From Podarcis pityusensis (lineage: Eukaryota), in assembly GCA_964106645.2 (NCBI GenBank), contig OZ067038.1: a stretch of 64,000 nucleotides of DNA; one strand, written 5' to 3'. The notes under the pieces are model-generated. The model saw nothing but the letters and a program-made list of their open reading frames with translations, did no database searches and was not told the origin of the DNA. Numbering within the stretch: position 1 is the first letter of the stretch; each line of letters begins with the position of its first letter. The translations under genes were made by a program, and so were the position numbers. Below, piece after piece: positions 56,819 through 64,000 of the stretch.

Positions 56819-57068
56819 CATGGGTAGGCAAACTAAGGCCCAGGGGCCGGATCTGGCCCAATCGTCTTCTCAATCTGGCCCGCGGATGGTCCGGGAATCA
56901 GCGTGTTTTTACATGAGTAGAATGTGCCCTTTTATTTAAAATGCATCTCTGGGTTATTTGGGGGCATAGGAATTCGTTCATTATTTTTTTTCAAACTATA
57001 GTCCGTCCCCCCACAAGGTCTGAGGGACAGTGGACCGGCCCCCAGCTGAAAAAGTTTGCTGACCCCTG
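56819..57068. mobile_element. hAT/Charlie-type MITE (OposCharlie1/OC1-like 3' end)
   Basis: Termini catgggtaggcaaact / agtttgctgacccctg; 8-bp TSD cactaatg/cgctaatg. Confidence 0.8.
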
Positions 57069-57285
57069 CGCTAATGCCTATTGTTTCTATACACAACATG
57101 CCCCTATGTCACATCACATGTACTTTGGACATTCCTGCTAGTTTCAAAACAACAGTTTGGCATGGGCTTTAAGATACTGTTGTATGAGGAACTCAAGAGT
57201 AGCCCTTCTAGACTTGTGGGACTAGTTGCATAGTTCTTCTGATTCTGGCCTTCTGTTATATTGTGCAAATCATTGTGTTTTGCAG

Positions 57286-57473
57286 AAAAACCAAGTCCTC
57301 CCATTAACCTCGACCATTCTGACCAAACTATGTCATCTGTGAAACTTACATGGGAACCTCCTTTGAAAGATGGAGGCAGCCCAGTACTGGGCTACATTAT
57401 TGAAAGGCGCGAAGAGGACACAGACAACTGGATCCGTTGCAACGCAAAACTTGTGCCTAGTCTTAATTATAAG
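57286..57473 (+). CDS. TTN: Fn3 (~I108), first part (EKPSPPINLDHS...SLNYK)
   Basis: tgcag| acceptor, |gtagca donor. Confidence 0.95.
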
Positions 57474-57572
57474 GTAGCATATTCTTTTCCGAAGTAAAAT
57501 GCCTATTAAGGTTTTTTTTAAAAAATAAAAAATAGTGATTATTAATTATGACATTTTCCTCTGTCTTCATAG

Positions 57573-57687
57573 GTAACTGGGTTGAAACCTCTAGCCAGGT
57601 ATTATTATAGAGTATCTGCAGAAAATGCTGCTGGTGTGTCAGATCCTGCTGAAGCTATTGGACCACTGACTGCTGATGATCCTCATA
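57573..57687 (+). CDS. TTN: Fn3 (~I108), second part (VTGLKPLARYYYRV...ADDPH)
   Basis: catag| acceptor, |gtaagt donor. Confidence 0.95.
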
Positions 57688-57847
57688 GTAAGTTGAATTC
57701 TAGTTTCTTGCCATAGTCAACAGCTTGAAAGGAAAGGTTGTGTTCATCTGAGACTATTCATGCTTGTTCATAAAAACAATACTTTAATATTGCTCTCATA
57801 CGTTGGATACCAAAACCAGCCCCCCTCTCAGCAGTAAAAGTCTAAAA

Positions 57848-57976
57848 CAGGAGTGGGGAGACCATGTGGCCCTCTTGATGTTGTTGGACCCCAGTTCCAG
57901 CCAGTATGGCCAAAGGTCAGGGATTATTAGAGTTGAAGTCAAACAACTTCTAGAGGGCCACAGGGTCTCTAGGCCT
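57848..57976. mobile_element. Degraded palindromic hAT-type MITE
   Basis: gtggccctcttgatgttgttgga ... tcaaacaacttctagagggccac inverted arms. Confidence 0.55.
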
Positions 57977-58352
57977 CATCTAAGCTATACTAAAATGGAG
58001 GGAAACCCTTAACATTCACTAGGTAGCACTGTTTTACATTTACAATTTGTCCTCTAAGGATGCATTGCTAAACAAGTCATAATTTTTTAATTTTTAAAAA
58101 TTGTATTAAATTGAACATTTAGGTGTCTTTAAATTGGAGCAAGCTTATATATCACCTTTCTATATTGCTAATTTCATCAGATTATGAAACAGTTTTATGA
58201 TGTGTTCTCAATAGATAGAACACCACGTGAAGGCATCTATAATAATGCTTTCCATTCAAACAGATTCCAAAGGCAATTGCCCTTTAATGGTGTTGTGGAG
58301 TAAAAAAGAAAGTTTATAACTTTAATCGGCATAATTTGTGTTTGTATTTCAG

Positions 58353-58637
58353 CTGGACCTACAATGGACTTAAGCGGATTTAAAGATGGACTGGAGGTTA
58401 TTGTTCCAGATCCCGTCAAAATACGTGTTCCTATTACTGGCTATCCAGTCCCAACTGCCACATGGTCTGTCGGCGACAAAGTTTTAGAACAGGGTGACCG
58501 GGTGAAAATTGACACGTCTGCAGCCTTTGCAGAGCTTGTTATTACCCCAAGTGAACGGCCCGACAAAGGCATCTATACCTTGAAATTAGAAAACCCTGTG
58601 TCATCTGTATCAGGAGAAATCAATGTTAATGTCATTG
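58353..58637 (+). CDS. TTN: Ig (~I109) (TGPTMDLSGFKDGL...NVNVI)
   Basis: ttcag| acceptor, |gtgagc donor. Confidence 0.96.
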
Positions 58638-58746
58638 GTGAGCAATCCAGTATATATTCTGAAGAATTGTATATAACCTGTTTTGTAAATAACCATGTGT
58701 GTAAAATCCAAAAGTTTCAACAAGCCAAATTTGTTATTAATAGCAC

Positions 58747-58904
58747 CATAGGAGCCAACTCCTAGGGCCCAAGGTCTCTTCACCCCCTCAAAAAAAAAAA
58801 TCTGAGGGGGATGGTCCTTTCCAAAGTTGATGGACGTGTGTTCGATTGTGTGGGGCAGGGCTTATCTGGGCCTCCCCAATATTTTATTCAAGTTGACACC
58901 CCTG
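58747..58904. mobile_element. hAT-type MITE
   Basis: Termini cataggagccaact / agttgacacccctg; perfect 8-bp TSD AATAGCAC. Confidence 0.75.
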
Positions 58905-59235
58905 AATAGCACTAAACAACAGCAGCATGTTTATTTATTAAATTTATGTGCTGCTTTTCCTCCCAAGAGAGCCTAGGTTGGCAACTTCTATTGTACCATT
59001 TTGTTATGAAACCCTATAATACAACGGAGATCATAAACTTAGCTATTAACAGTTAACAGTCTGTCCTAAGAATGCTTACTCAGAAGTAAGAATCCTTCTT
59101 TCTTTTTTAAAAAAATGAAGCATGAATTAAAATCTAGTAGGTGTAACCAAACAGCCAAAGTCTTCCATCAAAGAAAGAATAAGTAATATATATATATAAT
59201 AATTGGTTTATAATATGATGGGTATTTATTTTTAG

Positions 59236-59387
59236 CTCGCCCAAGCGCACCAAGAGAACTACAAATTGGAGAGATAACTAGGAACTCAGTCCAATTAAAT
59301 TGGGAAGCTCCTGAAGATGATGGAGGAAGCCCATTGACTGGCTATCTTATTGAAAAGCGTGAAGTGAGCCGCAAAACATGGGTCAAG
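59236..59387 (+). CDS. TTN: Fn3, first part (ARPSAPRELQIG...KTWVK)
   Basis: tttag| acceptor, |gtacgc donor. Confidence 0.95.
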
Positions 59388-59518
59388 GTACGCAGTTTCT
59401 TTAAAAAACCAAAACACCTATATTTCTATTATGTATTGCTGAAGATGGTATGAAATATTCTGGTGCTTGCTATGGGAAAAAAAGTTCTGTAATTACTTGG
59501 AACCTCTCTTGTTTTTAG

Positions 59519-59666
59519 GTGATCGACAACGTCCTTGACCAAGAGTTCACTGTACCAGATCTGGTTCAAGGAAAAGAATATTTGTTCAGGGTCTCAGCAT
59601 GTAACAAATGTGGACCAGGAGAGCCTGCTTACATTGATGAGCCTGTCAACATGTCAGCACCTGCTA
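59519..59666 (+). CDS. TTN: Fn3, second part (VIDNVLDQEFTV...MSAPA)
   Basis: tttag| acceptor, |gtgagt donor. Confidence 0.95.
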
Positions 59667-59933
59667 GTGAGTTTTCTTAATTAACTATTCCTATTGATTT
59701 TGTATATCTGCATTTTACATAGTAACTTGTGCTATGCAACATAAGTATTGAAAGAAAGCAAGGAGCAGAGTTTGAATCAATAAGGGTTTGGTATGACTTA
59801 CCTGTTGTATTAGAAAAACTGAGGCTTGGATCCAAAGATGCATAATTGGATCTATGTGCAAAAAAAAATCCACACACACCCTCTTCTGCACTGCAGCCCT
59901 CAGTACCCACTGAAGAGCTGCTACTTAGTATTA

Positions 59934-60289
59934 AAATAAAAGGTAAAGGGACCCCTGACCATTAGGTCCAGTCGTGACTGACTCTGGGGTTGTGGTGCTC
60001 ATCTTGCTTTATTGGCCAAGGGAGCCGTCATACAGCTTCTGGGTCATGTGGCCAGCATGACTAAGCCGCTTCTGGCGAACCAGAGCAGCGCACAGAAATG
60101 CCGTTTACCTTCCTGCTGGAGCGGTACCTATTTATCTACTTGCACTTTGACATGCTTTCAAACTGCTAGGTTGGCAGGAGCAGGGACTGAACAACGGGAG
60201 CTCACCCCGTCGCGGGGATTCGAACCACCAACCTTCTGAACGGCAAGTCCTAGGCTCTGTGGTTTAACCCACAGCGCCACCTGCATCCC
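59934..60289 (-). mobile_element. Sauria SINE, full length
   Basis: Homologous to the 6425 copy; TSD cttagtatta (59924-59933, 60293-60302). Confidence 0.9.
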
Positions 60290-60503
60290 TTGCTTAGTAT
60301 TAGTGGACCCTCAATTGACAGAAAGCAGGGAGCTACCTTGCACAAATGGGTCTTTCCTGTTGTGCAGGGTACTTGTTGGATACCAACCAATGTGAGAAGA
60401 GCACCCCAGAGACAGTAAAGAATTAAAAAAACTAAGACACACTATAAGGAACACACTATATGCAAGACAATTATACATGTTCTTTCCTCCCCACTCCTTG
60501 CAG

Positions 60504-60681
60504 CGGTGCCTGATCCACCAGAGAATGTGAAATGGAGGGATCCAACATCTAAGTCCATTTTCCTCACATGGGATCCACCTAAGTATGATGGCGGTTCTCG
60601 TATCAAAGGCTACCTGGTTGAAAAATGCCAGCGTGGCACTGACAAATGGGAGCCCTGTGGTGAGCCAGTCATTGAGACAAA
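60504..60681 (+). CDS. TTN: Fn3, first part (TVPDPPENVKWRD...VIETK)
   Basis: tgcag| acceptor, |gtaaga donor. Confidence 0.95.
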
Positions 60682-60773
60682 GTAAGAGCTTGCAGTATGA
60701 AGAAAAATGTTTTACAAAATTGGATGGTTACATTTAAACACGCAGTACGCTGAACTTGTTTTCTGATTAACAG

Positions 60774-60895
60774 AATGGAAGTAACAAAACTTAAGGAAGG
60801 AGAATGGTATGCTTATCGCGTGAAGGCTCTGAACAGGCAAGGGGCAAGTAAACCAAGCAAGCCAACAGATGAAATCCAGGCTGTGGATGCAATGG
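60774..60895 (+). CDS. TTN: Fn3, second part (MEVTKLKEGEWYAYRV...AVDAM)
   Basis: aacag| acceptor, |gtaatt donor. Confidence 0.95.
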
Positions 60896-61028
60896 GTAAT
60901 TTTTGATTTCCCACTCATACTTAATCTATACTCTTGAAAACACTGGTGAATGTGTTTCTGCTGTTAACGCTTCTGTGCACAGCTGCGTGTTCTTTTTTAA
61001 CAATATGTCGATTCTTCTCTCAAATCAG

Positions 61029-61316
61029 AGGCCCCTGAGATTTTCCTAGATGTGAAACTGCTTGCTGGAATCACTGTCAAAGCTGGAACTAAGATAGAGC
61101 TGCCGGCAAGGGTAAATGGAAAGCCCGAGCCACGGATTAGCTGGACAAAAGCTGAACAGACCCTGAGACCCGATAAAAGAATAACCATTGAATCCAAACC
61201 TAACCATTCCACAGTCATAATAACAGAGAGCAAGAGAAGTGATAGCGGCACCTATATTATTGAAGCCGTAAATGCCAGCGGTCGGGCAACAGCTACAGTT
61301 GAAGTTAATGTCCTAG
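61029..61316 (+). CDS. TTN: Ig (EAPEIFLDVKLLAG...EVNVL)
   Basis: atcag| acceptor, |gtatgt donor. Confidence 0.96.
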
Positions 61317-61407
61317 GTATGTTTTGTTTCCATAGAAATAACTTACAATGTTTTCCTAACAAAATATTTGAATAGAAGAGGTTCAAACTACTGTTATGCT
61401 TCCACAG

Positions 61408-61704
61408 ATAAGCCTGGCCCACCAGCTGCATTTGATATCTCCGACATTACAAACGTATCTTGTGCTTTGACTTGGAATCCTCCTAGAGACGATGGCGGCT
61501 CCAGAATCACGAACTACGTTCTGGAACAAAGAGCTGCAGACAGTGAAGTGTGGCACAAACTATCATCCACTATCAAAGAAACAAAATTCAAAGTAACAAA
61601 CCTAACACCACTTAAGGAGTACATCTTCAGAGTCAGCGCAGAAAACATGTACGGAGTTGGAGAACCAGCTCAGTCCGTTCCTATCGTTGCTAAATATCCA
61701 TTTG
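61408..61704 (+). CDS. TTN: Fn3 (DKPGPPAAFDIS...AKYPF)
   Basis: cacag| acceptor, |gtaagt donor. Confidence 0.96.
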
Positions 61705-62000
61705 GTAAGTCTATTCGCTTGACAGAAAGGGCTGCTTGTCACAAGATGGCTGCCAAGGGAGCCTGCTAGAAACTATAATGTGGTAGCCACTCCACATGGC
61801 ATGGCATTGATAGGTACCACTTCTCCATGTGGGTCAGTCCCCACCATAATGTTTGTCTCCACACTATCATTGATGACATGGAGATAAGCCTGTGGGTAAG
61901 GGTCAGTATTTATGGCAAGCTGGTACACATAAACTGCTTGTCATGTGGAACCGGCAGCAGCCACAAAGAGACAGTTTCAAGCAGCCTCTACATGGCAACT

Positions 62001-62410
62001 GTACGTTTCCGAGCACAATTCAAAGTGTTGGTGCTGACCTTTAAAGCCTTAAACGGCCTCGGTCCAGTATATCTGAAGGAGCATCTCCACCCCCATCATT
62101 CTACCCGGACACTGAGGTCCAGCACCAAGGGCCTTCTGGCGGTTCCCTCACTGCGAGAAGCCAAGTTACAGGGAACCAGGCAAAGGGCCTTCTCGGTAGT
62201 GGCACCCGCCCTGTGGAACGCCCTCCCACCAGATGTCAAAGAGAACAACAACTACCAGACTTTTAGAAGACATCTGAAGGCAGCCCTGTTTAGGGAAGCT
62301 TTTAGTGTTTGTTGTATTGCAGTATTTTAATATTTTTTTGGAAGCCGCCCAGAGTGGCTAGGGAAGCCCAGCCAGATGGGCGGGGTATAAATAATAAATT
62401 ATTATTATTA
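62001..62410 (+). mobile_element. 5'-truncated L2-clade LINE (ORF2 C-terminus, 3' UTR, (ATT)n tail)
   Basis: Encodes RAQFKVLVLTFKALNGLGP...RAFSVVAPALWNALP...FRRHLKAALF, typical of the L2 ORF2 end. Confidence 0.85.
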
Positions 62411-62511
62411 ATTTGATGAAATGGCATTTATTGCTACAGGTGCTTCCTATTACATTTGCACACAAGGAATTGCAAGTATGTCAATGTTCCCCTTTCTATT
62501 TCTTTGTACAG

Positions 62512-62698
62512 ATCCGCCAGGTCCTCCGACACGAGTTCAGCCTGTTGAGATCACTAAAGATTCTGTAACCTTGACTTGGGTAGAACCAGATGAAGATGGT
62601 GGCAGCCCTATCACTGGTTATTGGGTTGAACGGTTGGACCCTGATCAAGATAAATGGGTCCGTTGCAATAAAATCCCAGTTAAAGATACAACATTCAA
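62512..62698 (+). CDS. TTN: Fn3, first part (DPPGPPTRVQPV...DTTFK)
   Basis: tacag| acceptor, |gtaaga donor. Confidence 0.95.
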
Positions 62699-63127
62699 GT
62701 AAGATCATTATATGTTTCGTTTAAAAAAATATATAGCTAGGTAATTGAGAAGATTGCTATTTGTTTTTAGGTAAACAGCTGACTTTTAAATACTCTTGAA
62801 CTTGACTCCTTGTCATGCATTAGAATAAAATATTAACTGGTGCTCTGTAATAGCATCAAATAATTGTATTGCTATCTATACTTTGGGTCTACAATAACCA
62901 TTGAAAATATCCTTACCTAAATCATGTTCATAACCATCCACCAGTGCCACTGAATAGGACAACTGTACTATGGGTGTTATCAGTAGCACCAATTTCTGCT
63001 ATGGAAACAGTAGTGGGATTGTGACTTCTGATGTGATTCTACATCACTGCAGCTGCTCATAAGATTAGTGCTGATATCAGAACTTCTTAGAGATGAATAT
63101 AGTTTTCTGCTTTTTGAACTCCCAGTA

Positions 63128-63377
63128 CAGTCGTACCTTGGAAGTCAAACGGAATCCATTCCGGAAGTCTGTTCAACTTCCAAAACTTTCGGAAGCCAAC
63201 GTGCAGCTTCTGATTGGCTTCAGGAAGCTCCTGCAGCCAATTGGAAGCCACGGAAGCCCTGTCAGACGTTCGGGTTCCAAAAAATGTCCGCAAACCGGAA
63301 CACTCACTTCCGGGTTTGCGGCGTTTGGGACCCAAAACATCCGAGTACCAAGGCATTCAAGATCCAAGGTACAACTG
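63128..63377. mobile_element. Tc1/pogo (Tigger-like) MITE
   Basis: TA|cagtcgtaccttgga ... tccaaggtacaactg|TA. Confidence 0.85.
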
Positions 63378-63741
63378 TAATATGAATTTCTAATACAAGC
63401 TAGGGATATTTATTACACCCAAGCATTATTCATCCTTAGAGTTTTAAGTAGTACCAATATATATCATCTACTAATGAATAGTACAGAAATGCAGATTATA
63501 TTACATCTGACCAGTGTCTGAGACTTTCTAGTGATACAGTAATAGGAAGGTCCTTCCTCCATGTACACAGGGAGTCTCTGGTTTGGGGTGATAGTATATA
63601 TTTGCTCTGAACAGTTCAAAGGTATTGATTTTTTTAATGCACGAGGTACACTTGTGATGATGCAGAGTATTTAATTATAGTGTTAACTAGTAATAAGTAT
63701 TACAAATTTTACATTTGGAGCATTATCATCATTACTATTAG

Positions 63742-63857
63742 GGTTAAAGGTCTCACGTTCCATAAGAAGTACAAGTTCCGTGTCGTGGCAGAGAATCTTG
63801 CTGGGCCAGGAAAGCCAAGCAGAGCAACAGAGCCAGTCTTAGTGAAGGATCCTATTG
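63742..63857 (+). CDS. TTN: Fn3, second part (VKGLTFHKKYKFRV...VKDPI)
   Basis: attag| acceptor, |gtatga donor. Confidence 0.95.
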
Positions 63858-63947
63858 GTATGAAAGCATTTTTCTTAGATGAATTTTATAACTTACTCCA
63901 AGTCATAATGCTGGGTTTTCTAAACCAAGTTATCAATTCATGTCTAG

Positions 63948-64000
63948 ATCCCCCATGGCCACCCGGCAAGCCAATTGTCAAAGACGTTGCCAAGACCTCG
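63948..64000 (+). CDS. TTN: Start of next Fn3 exon (DPPWPPGKPIVKDVAKTS), runs off the window
   Basis: tctag| acceptor, Fn3 N-terminal motif. Confidence 0.93.
   Translation, partial: MPHGHPASQLSKTLPRP

Larger units (their letters stand above)
1..64000 (+). other. TTN: Titin gene, internal portion (PEVK region, distal tandem Ig segment, start of I/A junction); both ends lie outside the window
   Basis: PPAK-type PEVK exons, the RKLRPGSGGEKPPDEPPFTYQLKAVPLKFV junction, an I27/I91-like domain and Fn3 domains in titin order; splice phases are consistent between consecutive exons. Confidence 0.99.

Noticed and set aside
61827-62330. 167-aa ORF as a nested gene
   Set aside because: Its C-terminal part is L2 LINE ORF2; the N-terminal part is chance intron read-through

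Overview
Eukaryotic (vertebrate) genomic DNA. The whole window is an internal part of a titin (TTN) gene on the + strand. The host is a squamate reptile, probably a lacertid lizard, inferred from Sauria SINEs and lizard-type hAT/Tc1-pogo MITEs. I resolved about 91 exons by hand. About 50 are symmetric phase-1 PEVK exons (1-35.5 kb), including two Tyr/Glu-rich exons and two giant internally repeated exons (1779 nt and ~1395 nt). These are followed by the distal tandem-Ig segment (approx. I84-I105, including the I91/I27 orthologue at 42259-42684) and the first Fn3/Ig domains of the I/A junction. Most notable: (1) a likely orthologue of the internal Cronos titin promoter, with an in-frame intronic ATG (47363, MFSSFRQ-ARVIG), a uORF and a GATA/MEF2/NKX2-5/TEAD motif cluster in the next intron; (2) a PEVK-specific splice-acceptor signature, with 44 of 49 acceptors being AAG and eight exact copies of ACTAATATCTTTAAAG; (3) a giant PEVK exon whose ancestral 5' end carries a TAA bypassed by an in-frame acceptor 60 nt downstream; (4) decayed or possible poison PEVK exons; (5) a MITE carrying 13 CAGCTG E-boxes; (6) two GC-AG introns. 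Domain and exon numbering and human comparisons are from recall, not from a database search.
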